Position numbers and translations under genes: made by a program. Shown piece by piece: positions 9,144-18,589 of a stretch of 64,000 nucleotides of DNA. The notes beneath the pieces were generated by a model. The model was not told where the DNA came from and did no database searches. It saw only the letters and a list, made by a program, of their open reading frames with translations. Every line of letters starts with the position of its first letter. The first letter of the stretch is position 1. Source of the stretch: Candidatus Bathyarchaeota archaeon (GTDB lineage Archaea; Thermoproteota; Bathyarchaeia; Bathyarchaeales; Bathyarchaeaceae); the NCBI GenBank assembly GCA_963697165.1, contig CAVOMX010000011.1, forward strand, positions 139,524 to 203,523, in the 5' to 3' direction.

Positions 9144-10817
9144 TTAGCCTTTGTATTTGTTGATCATCGGCATTTTCCATCCTATGCCGAAAGCTTTGGG
9201 CGTGATTTTGATGCATGGTGTCGCCTGCCGCCTCTTATACTCCGAGTTTCTGATTCGCATGTACGTGTCTTCAACAGCATCTCGCGGATAACCCAACTCA
9301 ATCAAGTCATGCTTGCTTCTGCGGTTTTCTATTATTTCGTCAACCAGCGGACTTACAACATCAAAATCGAATGGGTCAAACTGGAACGCTTTAAGTTCAG
9401 GCGACGGTTTCTTCTCCAATACATTCTTTGGTATCACCTGTTTGCCTGCCTTCTTGTTCACGTATTCTGCGAGCTTGTAGACCTCCAGCTTGCTCACGTC
9501 GCCAAGAGCCCCGATTCCACCAGCCATATCCCCATATAATGTGCAGTAGCCGAGTGCAACCTCAGTCTTGTTTCCAGTATTTAGTACCAAAATTTTCAGG
9601 TCTTTGAGTCGGTTGGATATGTCCATTAGAAGGTTTCCTCTGGCTCTGGGCTGAATGTTCTCGTCGGCAACAGAATCGTCAGCTTCCTTGGTTACACCAA
9701 AATGTTTTCGCAACTGATCCAAAGGCGCGTCCAACGCTTTGCGGTAACTGCCAACAATATCCTGTATCCCAACCTTGACAAAACATATACCAAGATTTTC
9801 AGCCAACTGCTCAGCATCCGTTTTACTGTGGTCACTAGAGAATCTTGAAGGCATAGAAACTCCAATGACATTCTCTTTGCCTAGGGCTTCAACGGCTATG
9901 CATATAGTTACTGACGAGTCGATTCCGCCGCTCATCCCAACAACAGCCTTCTCAAAGCCAGTCTTCATGAAATAATCATGTATCCCCAAAACTAGCGCGT
10001 TGAACATTTCCTGCGTCTTATCATGCACGGGAGTTTCGATTTTCTGGGCGGCGCCTTCTTCCAAGTCAATGTTAGTAATCACCAAATCTTCCTCAAACTG
10101 CTTGCCTAAAGCTATCAGGTTGCCCGTTTTATCCATTGCAATGCTGTGACCATCAAAAACAAGCTCATCCTGTCCCCCAACAAGATTCACGTAGAACATG
10201 GGCACCCCATTTTTTGTTACCTTCTCTTTTAGCAACCTGTTTCGTTCAAGATGCTTTCCGACAAGAAAAGGCGAAGCAGAAATGTTAACAATCAACTCCG
10301 CACCCTTTTCAGCCAGCAAATCCGTGACTTTCACGTCATAATTCTGGTCCCACAGGTCCTCACAAATTTCTATGCCCAACTTGACCGGCTTTCCATTTAA
10401 TGCAATTGATAATGGCGTGATTTCCTCCTCTCTTGCGGGCTTGAAGTATCGGTCTTCATCAAACACGTCATACGTTGGCAAAAGCGTCTTGTAAACTATG
10501 CCAACTATTTGGTTTTTGTTAAATACGGCTGCAGCATTATACAACTCCTTTCCCATGTAGTCAACAAAACCGACCACCCCAACAACATCAACACCGTTAC
10601 ACCTAATCATTTCCTCGAGTACCTTTTTGTTTTTTTCAACAAACCCGTTCTCAAGCAGCAAATCCTGAGGCGGATAACCAGTAACTGCTAATTCAGGAAA
10701 AACAACCAAATCGGCTCCGCAGCGTTTTGCCTCAACAAGAAACCTCTTTATCTTCGAGACGTTTCCTTCCAAGTCTCCCACGGTCGAATTAATCTGAGCC
10801 ATTGCAACCCTCAACAT
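9144..10817 (-). CDS. nadE: Glutamine-dependent NAD+ synthetase (nitrilase plus synthetase domains)
   Basis: FPELAVTGYPPQD, EICEDLW, SGGIDSS, NKTE..GYCTLYGD, PSPEL. Confidence 0.95.
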   Translation of the reverse strand: MLRVAMAQINSTVGDLEGNVSKIKRFLVEAKRCGADLVVFPELAVTGYPPQDLLLENGFVEKNKKVLEEMIRCNGVDVVGVVGFVDYMGKELYNAAAVFNKNQIVGIVYKTLLPTYDVFDEDRYFKPAREEEITPLSIALNGKPVKLGIEICEDLWDQNYDVKVTDLLAEKGAELIVNISASPFLVGKHLERNRLLKEKVTKNGVPMFYVNLVGGQDELVFDGHSIAMDKTGNLIALGKQFEEDLVITNIDLEEGAAQKIETPVHDKTQEMFNALVLGIHDYFMKTGFEKAVVGMSGGIDSSVTICIAVEALGKENVIGVSMPSRFSSDHSKTDAEQLAENLGICFVKVGIQDIVGSYRKALDAPLDQLRKHFGVTKEADDSVADENIQPRARGNLLMDISNRLKDLKILVLNTGNKTEVALGYCTLYGDMAGGIGALGDVSKLEVYKLAEYVNKKAGKQVIPKNVLEKKPSPELKAFQFDPFDFDVVSPLVDEIIENRRSKHDLIELGYPRDAVEDTYMRIRNSEYKRRQATPCIKITPKAFGIGWKMPMINKYKG

Positions 10818-10908
10818 TTTTCCTCCCGCTTCTAACATAACCCCGAAAACGCAGAAATTACGTTACCAAACTTAAATGAAACGTTTATCCCTAAAAAAGA
10901 TGATTCTT

Positions 10909-11814
10909 TTACTTGAGTATCATCTGCGTGAACATTTCAGGCTCAAAAGCCTTCAAGTCCTCATAGGTCTGTCCCACTCCAATGAAGATAATGGGTTTTC
11001 CAGTTACGTGAGCCACACTCAGGGATGCCCCGCCCTTAACATCAGCATCAACCTTCGTCAGTATGGTTCCGTCAACGTTTACGCTCTTATGAAACTCCTC
11101 CGCCTGCAGCACCGCATCGTTTCCTATGAGCGCATCAATAACCAAAATCGTCAAGTCTGGATTTACAACCCGCTTTATCTTAGCAAGCTCGCTCATTAGA
11201 TTCCTGTCAGTCTGAATACGCCCCGCAGTGTCAATCAAAACCACATTTATTCCCCGAGACTGAGCATGACTAATAGTGTCATACGCCACAGCCGCAGGAT
11301 CAGCACCATACTTATGCTTAATCATACGCACGCCTAATCTCTTAGAGTGCTCCTCAAGCTGCTCTATAGAACCGGGACGGTAAGTATCACTGCCAGAAAG
11401 CACAACAGAGTAGCCATTATTCATCAGAAACTTTGTAACCTTAGCTATGCTGGTGGTTTTGCCGGTTCCGTTGATTCCCACAAAAAGAATTGTATAGGGC
11501 TCCTTTGTCTTCCTCTTCTGCTCAATTCTATCAAGCAGATTGATTTCTTCTTTTGTCGTCAAAATCTCAATTAAGACATCATGAAGGGTCTCCTTCACAA
11601 GATCTTTACGGTCGCCAAGCCGCTTCACCTGAGCTCCGTCGAGCCGCTTCTCCAGCTCATCGGTTATGTAATAGGCTACGGGTACCGCAACATCGTTTTC
11701 GATAAGATTAAGCCTGAATTCGTCTAAAATGGGACGCAGCTTTTCTGCTTTCAGCTCAGTTACTACAATCTTGCTGACGGCGTTGCTAAGCCCCTTTCTT
11801 AGCCTGTCGAACAC
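10909..11814 (-). CDS. ftsY: SRP receptor GTPase FtsY
   Basis: GINGTGKTTSIAK, DTYR, DTAGR, TKVDADVKGG. Confidence 0.96.
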   Translation of the reverse strand: MFDRLRKGLSNAVSKIVVTELKAEKLRPILDEFRLNLIENDVAVPVAYYITDELEKRLDGAQVKRLGDRKDLVKETLHDVLIEILTTKEEINLLDRIEQKRKTKEPYTILFVGINGTGKTTSIAKVTKFLMNNGYSVVLSGSDTYRPGSIEQLEEHSKRLGVRMIKHKYGADPAAVAYDTISHAQSRGINVVLIDTAGRIQTDRNLMSELAKIKRVVNPDLTILVIDALIGNDAVLQAEEFHKSVNVDGTILTKVDADVKGGASLSVAHVTGKPIIFIGVGQTYEDLKAFEPEMFTQMILK

Positions 11815-12247
11815 CTGTCTGCTCTCCTTCTCTCAGCTTCGCCGAAACATCTTCCATTCTGGCTCGATTTTCCTGAATTCTACCAACAACCTGATTAAAC
11901 TGCTGCCCCAAAGCCTCCCTCGTCTTCTCAAGCTCAGCTATACGTGCTTCTAGTTCCACTTTGGCTTCCTTAAATGTCCGTTCAACAGCAACATCCGCGC
12001 CTATACCCACAACAACATTTTCTGGGGTCTCCAGCTTAGCTTTAATATAAGAGCCTCCGCCAACAGGAACAAAAAGCTGTGCACCTTTCTTCTCCTTCTC
12101 CAAACCTTCAAGGGTCATGCTTGAAACTTTCAGTTCGTTTACCGCAGAGTTTGTCATGCTGAGTCTGGACTGCAACTCGTTAATTGTTTCTTCTAGGAAA
12201 CGCGACTCCATAACTAATCTACGAAAGACCTCTTCGTCACTGGACAG
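11786..12247 (-). CDS. pfdA: Prefoldin alpha subunit (proposed CTG start)
   Basis: Coiled coils around VPVGGGSYI/VGIGADV hairpins; conserved position between rplX and ftsY; frame extends 12 codons upstream of the first ATG to CTG. Confidence 0.9.
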   Translation of the reverse strand: MSSDEEVFRRLVMESRFLEETINELQSRLSMTNSAVNELKVSSMTLEGLEKEKKGAQLFVPVGGGSYIKAKLETPENVVVGIGADVAVERTFKEAKVELEARIAELEKTREALGQQFNQVVGRIQENRARMEDVSAKLREGEQTGVRQAKKGA

Positions 12248-12491
12248 ACTCTTCCGCTCCTTGAGTCAACTTCTTCATTATGTTGTCTTCAATATCCTCA
12301 AGAGCTATCTCCTCTACCTTGGAGATTTTCATCTGGAAGCGTTTGACTCTATGTTTGCTTCCTAACAGCATGTAGACCTTCTCTACTGCATCCTCCGGCT
12401 TCAAGGCTCTAACCTCTTTCCGGAAGTCTGTTTGAAAATTGGGTTTCCTGATTTTTCCTATAACTCGAAAAACTTTTACTTCATTCATCAT
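12237..12491 (-). CDS. rplX: Ribosomal protein LX (eL20/L18a)
   Basis: FRKEVRALKPEDAVEKVYMLLGSKHRVKR; operon context. Confidence 0.92.
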   Translation of the reverse strand: MMNEVKVFRVIGKIRKPNFQTDFRKEVRALKPEDAVEKVYMLLGSKHRVKRFQMKISKVEEIALEDIEDNIMKKLTQGAEESVQ

Positions 12492-13162
12492 TACTTCACC
12501 ACATCAAGTGCTTGTCCAATTATGAACATTTCGGGTCCAGTAGTTAACAGACCCACCAGAGCCCCAGTACTATTACCTATAAGACCTGTGGAAACATAAG
12601 GTATTCCACAATTAATGGTTCCAACATCAACAGGAACCTTCAACACATCATTTAACACTTTTCGTTCCTCCTCTTTAAGCAAAGGATGAGCCAACACACC
12701 CTTATTTGTAGCAGTTGCAAGCGACCCAACATACGGTAGCCCAGCTATCTCAGTGGGAACCACTTCAACTCCCAAGGTCTCCTCGATCTTATTCATGTCT
12801 TCTCTTTCCATCCTAGGATGAACCACGGCGCCTTTGTCGTTAGCCAAGACCATGTTTCCGTAGGCTGTTCTCTTCGTGTCCATAACAGTCACGTTAATGT
12901 CAGCGACTGATTTAATGGCTTTGACCTCCTCTTCCGTGGCAAACGAGGAAAGGACAACGCCGTTAGAATTGGAACAGGCTAGTGCGCCCACGACTAATGA
13001 TTTACCCACTGTAGTGGCAACGACTTTTACTTTCAACCATTCCTCAACCTTTTGTCGCTTAGTTTCTGGAACCTGTGGGGGAATAATTGCGATTTTATCG
13101 TTGACAAGTGAGTAAACTCCTATGCTTGCGTTACCAAACAAATCAAAGAGAAAAAGCGGCAA
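12491..13162 (-). CDS. eif6: Translation initiation factor 6 (aIF6)
   Basis: GNMVLANDKGAVVHP, ATNKGVLAHP, GTINCG, TTGPE. Confidence 0.95.
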   Translation of the reverse strand: MPLFLFDLFGNASIGVYSLVNDKIAIIPPQVPETKRQKVEEWLKVKVVATTVGKSLVVGALACSNSNGVVLSSFATEEEVKAIKSVADINVTVMDTKRTAYGNMVLANDKGAVVHPRMEREDMNKIEETLGVEVVPTEIAGLPYVGSLATATNKGVLAHPLLKEEERKVLNDVLKVPVDVGTINCGIPYVSTGLIGNSTGALVGLLTTGPEMFIIGQALDVVK

Positions 13163-13165
13163 ATG

Positions 13166-13664
13166 CTAGTCTCCTTCAGCAAGAAGAACAGTCACTACCC
13201 CTTCCTTGTCTTTAACAACACGGACTCTGATTCTTCTAGGCGGCTTCTCGATTCCTCTGCTCCAAAGTTTTTCGTTAACTTCATTAGATATGACTAGCCT
13301 CTCTGCCTCTTCCTCTTCGTCGTCGTAAGTTTCAGTGCGGACCTTCATGTGCTTTATCACAAAACTTTTTACAACTCTTGCAGCTTTCGGAGCACGTTTC
13401 TTTCGTGGGGACAATCCAAACCTTTCTTAGAGGAATCGTGTAGAACCTTTCCTCAACAATGTCCTCTTCCTCTAACTCTTTTTCTTTCTTTTTGCTCCGC
13501 TCTTTTGCTTCTACGAAGTCTTCTTCGTCCTCAACTTCTTCGTCTTCGAGTTCCTCATCCTCTTCCGCGGGAACCTCAGAATCTGACTCTTCTTCTGTCT
13601 CCTCAGTTTCCACTTCTACTTCTTCTTCCTCTTCTTCAGTAATCTCATCAACAGGTTTTTCCAT
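13166..13664 (-). CDS. rpl31e: Ribosomal protein eL31 with long acidic N-terminal extension; one frameshift near 13415
   Basis: EERFYTIPLRKVW joins PRKKRAPKA...NEKLWSRGIEKPPRRIRV after removing one base. Confidence 0.9.
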
Positions 13665-13675
13665 CTGATTTTCCC

Positions 13676-13831
13676 TCAAGCCTTTATCTTTCTCTGTCGC
13701 CAGCGTCTCCGCTTCGGATTAGATCTAACTTGTCCACCTGTTTTGGCTATAACCCATGTTGGAACAGGTTTCTTCTGTTTTCCAGCCTTAGCAAGCCTTA
13801 ATTTTTTGGCGGTTGGTTTGTTTCTTGCCGT
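13676..13831 (-). CDS. rpl39e: Ribosomal protein eL39 (ACG at the Met position; not in the ORF track)
   Basis: Read by hand: (ACG)[50 protein letters not shown], 51 codons; usual position before rpl31e. Confidence 0.93.
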   Translation of the reverse strand, partial: TARNKPTAKKLRLAKAGKQKKPVPTWVIAKTGGQVRSNPKRRRWRQRKIKA

Positions 13832-13834
13832 CTT

Positions 13835-14164
13835 TTATACTCTCCTAATTGTGTAATCTCTTTTGCCTGACTGAAGCTTCACAAGAAGCTCTTTCAGCTG
13901 CTCGTCAGTTATTGGAAGGTTTATTCTCCCCTGCTGAGCCAACTGAATCAACTGCAGTTCAAGCTGTTGAGTGAATTCTGGTTTAACCATGTTCAAGTTT
14001 GTGAGGCGTCTCCTAGCTTCAGGAGTGAGCATTCTGCGAAGCAAAGCTTGTTTTTGTCCCTCAAGTTGCTGCTGCGCTTGATTTTGTCTCTGCTCTTCAA
14101 CCATCCTCTGCTGCAACTCAAGCATCCTCCTTTTTCTGAGGCCTTCAAGTTCTTCTTCGCTCAC
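13835..14164 (-). CDS. PDCD5/TFAR19-like DNA-binding protein
   Basis: LRRMLTPEARRRLTNLNMVKPE, ITDEQLKELL; follows rps19e. Confidence 0.92.
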   Translation of the reverse strand: MSEEELEGLRKRRMLELQQRMVEEQRQNQAQQQLEGQKQALLRRMLTPEARRRLTNLNMVKPEFTQQLELQLIQLAQQGRINLPITDEQLKELLVKLQSGKRDYTIRRV

Positions 14165-14175
14165 TCTTCACACCC

Positions 14176-14631
14176 TTAATATTTTGCGAGTTCGGGTTGA
14201 GTTTTTTCCAGTTCCCTTTTCAGTTCCGTGGATAGCCGGTCTAGCAGCTGTCGCCCCTCACTTGTTACTATTCTTCCTTCGGTTCTTTGAGGTCTAACAA
14301 GACCTGCTTTTTGAAGTTGCTGAATAGCATTTCTAACTATGGCGCCGCTTCCTTTGCTGGCATGTTCGGGTTTTGCTCCTCCGTCTAACCTGCCGCCGTA
14401 TTCTTGGCGGAGCTTCTCGATGCCAATAGGCCCTTTAACATAGATTTTACGTATAATAGAGGCGCATCGAACGAACCACCAGTCAGGGTTAGTGGGTGGT
14501 CTCTGAGCGTGAACGCCAGTTTTGGCGAATTTGGACCATACGGGTGGAGTTATTTCATCCACTTCATCTTTCAGATGCTTAGCTAATCTATCGATAAGAA
14601 CTGATGCAGGAATATCGTAAGGTGTCGGCAA
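14176..14631 (-). CDS. rps19e: Ribosomal protein eS19
   Basis: KTGVHAQRPP, WWFVRCASIIRKIY, GSGAIVRNAIQQL. Confidence 0.96.
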   Translation of the reverse strand: MPTPYDIPASVLIDRLAKHLKDEVDEITPPVWSKFAKTGVHAQRPPTNPDWWFVRCASIIRKIYVKGPIGIEKLRQEYGGRLDGGAKPEHASKGSGAIVRNAIQQLQKAGLVRPQRTEGRIVTSEGRQLLDRLSTELKRELEKTQPELAKY

Positions 14632-14731
14632 GGCTTTCTTCTTCCTAATTTTCCTTCACTAAGGGAAAAGGAATGTCTTATATTAGTTTCGTGGTTAGCG
14701 AAAACCAACTTCATGTAACTTGATATAGAGT

Positions 14732-15010
14732 TTACTGTTTTTTCTTGCGTTTGAAGAGCAAAAATGTGTGCCCGCGCACATCAACTAACTCCGACTCTGT
14801 CTGTTCCGCAACCTGTGCTGCAATAATTTTTGCTTCTTCTTCCTGTAACGCGGTTTTCAGTATTTTTACTTTGATTATCTCTCTTGCGTCAAGCTGCTTT
14901 GCAATTTCGCCTATACTCTGGGCTGTTACGCCCTCTTTTCCAATCCACACTGTTGGCTTCTCGGCGCCTAGTGCAGCTTTTATTCGGCGCTTCATTTTTT
15001 GCGTTAACAC
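14732..15010 (-). CDS. YhbY/CRM RNA-binding protein
   Basis: KPTVWIGKEGVT, IIKVKILK, VRGHTFLLFK. Confidence 0.9.
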   Translation of the reverse strand: MLTQKMKRRIKAALGAEKPTVWIGKEGVTAQSIGEIAKQLDAREIIKVKILKTALQEEEAKIIAAQVAEQTESELVDVRGHTFLLFKRKKKQ

Positions 15011-15318
15011 TGCTTTTCCCCGCCTTTTAGTGGAATACGGGAGTGTCCGCCGCAATTTAAGCATGTTATCACCATGTGAGGTTCCCTTCTCTGCTGTATT
15101 CTGATACGACAATTTACGCCCGGCAAGATAAAGCTTTTACATTTGCTGCAAACGAGGCTTCTATATTCTTTGGGGAGCCTCAGTCTGGTTCTCATGGCTA
15201 TTTTTCGTGCAATCTGGACATAACGTTGTGCCCGTTCTGGGTCTTCATGAATTACTTCTTTGGCTAACTGAAAGAGCGTGTGAACACGTTTTAGGGCAAT
15301 CTGTTTCGGGGAACTCAT
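15004..15318 (-). CDS. rnp4: Ribonuclease P protein Rpp21 (Rnp4)
   Basis: IALKRVHTLF, AQRYVQIARKI, CSKC...CLNCG zinc ribbon. Confidence 0.92.
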   Translation of the reverse strand: MSSPKQIALKRVHTLFQLAKEVIHEDPERAQRYVQIARKIAMRTRLRLPKEYRSLVCSKCKSFILPGVNCRIRIQQRREPHMVITCLNCGGHSRIPLKGGEKQC

Positions 15319-15362
15319 CGCAGATAACAATCCTATGTGGTGTGCATTAAGTTTTGTGAGGT

Positions 15363-16572
15363 TTATAATATGAGGTAAGTTATGAGTGCCGCAATTATTG
15401 AAATGGTTGTTGCGGGTATCAAATATTTGTAGCTCTTGTTTATTGGCGACTTGAAGTATTGGGCAGTGAAAACTAAGCACAAGTGTGTTGGGGCAATCAG
15501 GTAGCCAAGATAGGCTGAAATGTAGAGTAGGCTCGCGGTTTTAGGAATGAACGCAATGGTTTCGGCTAGGATTGGAACACTTAATGCAACTGCCCCGGAG
15601 GGGGAGCCAAGAAGAAGTCCTAGAACTGCGGGTACAGGCTGAAATTATTATGATTGCGGGCATGTTAGTGTTTGCTAATGTGTTGCCGATGATTTCTGAG
15701 GCGCCAGACGCTAAGGTAACGTTTTTGAGAAGTAACGCGCCAAAAGCAGCCAAAGTTACTTCCCATACTGCTTTGTTTTTCAGAGTTTTTGGGAATACTG
15801 CTGCCTTTTTTGTGATAAGTAGAATTGTGGCTACTCCCACAAGTGTTGCGATTGTTATGTTCACATTTAATGCCGCTGTCAAAACAACTGTGATGATTAT
15901 CGGCAAAAAAGAAGTTAGTAACCGTTTGAGGTTGGATTTCTGATTTGCTTCTGTTTTTGTGTTATCTGTTTTGGGGTCTCGAGTTTTTCTTAGTCCTATG
16001 AAATAGCCGACTGCAATCATAACAATCACTACAAAGACTTGTCTGCCGATGAGCATGTCTATGCTGGTTTGGGTCAATGCAGCTGTTAAGATAATGAACT
16101 GGCTCACAGGATAAACGGGTATAATGGCGTGCCTAAACCAGATGTTTATGAAAGTTTTCTTTGATTCATCAAGTCCCAACTTGTCTGCTTCCGCATCCAC
16201 CATGGGCGCCGACATTAAGGCTCCTCCAGCAACAGGTAAAAGTCCGATAACCGCTGGAAGCAAACTAACTATTACTTTCGAATTTTTGATTAATCCGCCC
16301 AAGCTTCTGGTTAAATCATCAACCAGTCCTGTTTCTTTGTAGAGGATACTCAGGAGCATAATGAAGAAGCTGGCGAAAACCAACGTCAAAGTTACGGGAT
16401 CTAGGCAAGTTTCCAGCAATACTGTTCCTGTTTCAGAGATTCCAAGGGATAGAAAGCTCATCAGAAACGCTGAGGCAATCAGTGAGATGCCTAAGCCAAC
16501 TTTTCGATACAGTAATACAACCAAGAGGATGATCGAAATAACGAAAACAAGCAGAGGATTAAAGAAACTCAC
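15363..16572 (-). CDS. DUF401-like multi-pass membrane protein; frameshift near 15640
   Basis: PAVIGLLPVAGGALMSAPMV, NIWFRH; continues in the shifted frame with GYLIAPTHLCL. Confidence 0.8.
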
Positions 16573-16667
16573 ATGAAATACTTCCACATGTCCGAAACAG
16601 AATACCTGTTTCTCAACTAAAAAGTTAATCCCCCACAAACATTTAAGGCAGCGGTTTTGCTGTTTTG

Positions 16668-17075
16668 TTATGTGCTTAGTTCTGTTGCCATTCTTTTTAT
16701 TTGCTGTTCATTCTCCAATAGCCGCTTGTAATCTGTGAAGTTGTTTATTGCCCGTAAGAAGAGCATGGTCTCCATTTTCTTTTTGTTTACACAATAAACG
16801 AAGTGGATTTTCTCCTGTTTTGCTCTAAAAACCAAGGTTCCATCAAAGCTTTTTTCGAATTTGTGGAGTTCATGAAACTCAAGATTTTGGCAATCAAGAA
16901 TCATTTTGACTACAGAATCTACTCGTTTCTTGTCTCTTCCTAGGTCTATGAAGAACTTTTTGTGGACAACCGCATTTTTTATGAAGGGTCTAACCGTCAT
17001 GAAGAGGCTGCTACAGTTTCGGCAGAATTCCCTCTTTCTGCCGCAGGGGTTATCTAGTTCCAAGTACGGTTCCAT
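16668..17075 (-). CDS. Hypothetical protein with Cys-containing N-terminus and a RelE/ParE-like pattern
   Basis: NPCG..FCRNC, then VVHKKFFIDL...LHKFE...VFRAK..HFVYCV...LFLRA; start uncertain. Confidence 0.55.
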   Translation of the reverse strand: MEPYLELDNPCGRKREFCRNCSSLFMTVRPFIKNAVVHKKFFIDLGRDKKRVDSVVKMILDCQNLEFHELHKFEKSFDGTLVFRAKQEKIHFVYCVNKKKMETMLFLRAINNFTDYKRLLENEQQIKRMATELST

Positions 17076-17172
17076 ATCGTAACATAGGGTCGTTAACAGA
17101 AATAAGTTCTTTGATGCAAAAAATAGAAACTCATAAGTTTTAGCGACTGGAACATTATAGTTAGTGTAGAAT

Positions 17173-18051
17173 GTGAAAAAGCTCGCATTAGCCTTCATTC
17201 TGTTGCTGAATATATGTTCAATTTTGTTTCTTGCTTCTTTCCAGACCGAAGCACAAACCGAGTACTCCATAGAGGTTAGAAGCTACACATGGGACAAGAC
17301 AAACATAAGCGTCAGCATACTTCCACAAGAGAACAAATCTTGGTGGAAACCATTCTACCTCAATGCAGTGCTTAACGGCATAACCCAATGGAACGACGCA
17401 ATAAACGAGTTCGCATCCAACCACACAACTTTTTCGTATGTCTCACAGGTCCGTCTGGTTCCAACAATAAGTTATGAAAACGTTTCAGGCTTCGACGTCT
17501 ACATCGGATGGATAGCAGAGTGCGGAAGCGAAGCAACAATAGGGCAATCTAAGATTACAGCGAAGTCACCATGCATCGCAACTGACGGAACAGTATGTCT
17601 TGCCGCAAAATCCCCAAGCGGTCATGTAATGACAGAAGTTGACATGCAAAACATTATTGTCCACGAATTGGGGCACACCCTTGGGCTGTCGCATTGCAAT
17701 TACTCTAGCGACGTCATGTACCCCACCGTCTATTACCGAGACACTGTTAAACCGCTTTCCTCGCTTAACCTCTATGCGGTCTCCCAAATTTTTGAATGGA
17801 TACCAAATTCATCGCAGTCCAGTTCTTCAATCACGTGCTCTGAGGAGTCTGTGGTGACTATGCCATCAAGCATCAGTTACAATTACTTTCAGATAGCCGC
17901 AGAAAATCTTCCAGTTTCTCAGCCTCAGAACCTCACCGAATATGTTATCGGACTGTTTAAGCGCCCAGAAACATTAACAGCCCTCTTAGTTGGTGTGACC
18001 CTGATTGCCGCTACGACGATATTCCTTAAACGAAAAAAGAAGCCACAATAA
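17173..18051 (+). CDS. Membrane-anchored matrixin-like (metzincin) zinc protease
   Basis: Signal peptide, HELGHTLGLSH, Met-turn DVMYP, C-terminal TM with basic tail. Confidence 0.88.
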   Translation: MKKLALAFILLLNICSILFLASFQTEAQTEYSIEVRSYTWDKTNISVSILPQENKSWWKPFYLNAVLNGITQWNDAINEFASNHTTFSYVSQVRLVPTISYENVSGFDVYIGWIAECGSEATIGQSKITAKSPCIATDGTVCLAAKSPSGHVMTEVDMQNIIVHELGHTLGLSHCNYSSDVMYPTVYYRDTVKPLSSLNLYAVSQIFEWIPNSSQSSSSITCSEESVVTMPSSISYNYFQIAAENLPVSQPQNLTEYVIGLFKRPETLTALLVGVTLIAATTIFLKRKKKPQ

Positions 18052-18057
18052 TTTGAG

Positions 18058-18415
18058 TTAACCTAGAATGTATCTCCAAAATATTGGAGCAACAAAGTTT
18101 GTTAAGAACACAAGACTCCACATTCTTCCTTTGATTATGTTATAGTGGGCGATTAGGCGGCTCCATGGATGTTCTATGATGTAGTGACCGAAACCAAACT
18201 TGAAAAATAGAGTTATCGTCAACCAGAAGGTAACAATCTACAGCAAATCGATTTCTGTCACCATTGATTCTACTCCATCAACGAACAGGTAAGGTTATTG
18301 CCAGAGTGTAAGCAACCGCAATAAATGAGCTGCTAACGTGCCCGCTGTATTCACCAAGTTTCGGCGCTAGAACAAGAAACACAAGCCACACTTCAGTAGC
18401 ATACACAAGCATCAT
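18058..18415 (-). pseudogene. Decayed small membrane-protein gene
   Basis: MMLVYATEVWLVFLVLAPKLGEYSGH..., a frameshift, an in-frame TAG, then FWLTITLFFKFGFGHYIIEHPWSRLIAHYNIIKGRMWSLVFL*. Confidence 0.55.
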
Positions 18416-18589
18416 AAAATCCAATTTTGGAGCCTTCCCTGATTCTCGTTAATAACACTTGAGTTTGACAACCAAACATAACAGTATACCTTACTATACA
18501 CACAGTTTTTTTCAGTTCTGCAAGAAAAAGAGAAAATAGTATCTTAAGCTTTTTATCACAACATAATGAACCTAATCTAAGGGTCAAGT

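Noticed and set aside
13459..13668. Ser-rich plus-strand ORF and TCT repeats
   Set aside because: Antisense image of the Glu-rich rpl31e extension, not a separate repeat element.
18058..18415. In-frame TAG as pyrrolysine readthrough (also the TAG at 9048)
   Set aside because: Both loci have other lesions (frameshift, missing parts), intact genes here use TAG as a stop, and no pyl genes are in the window.
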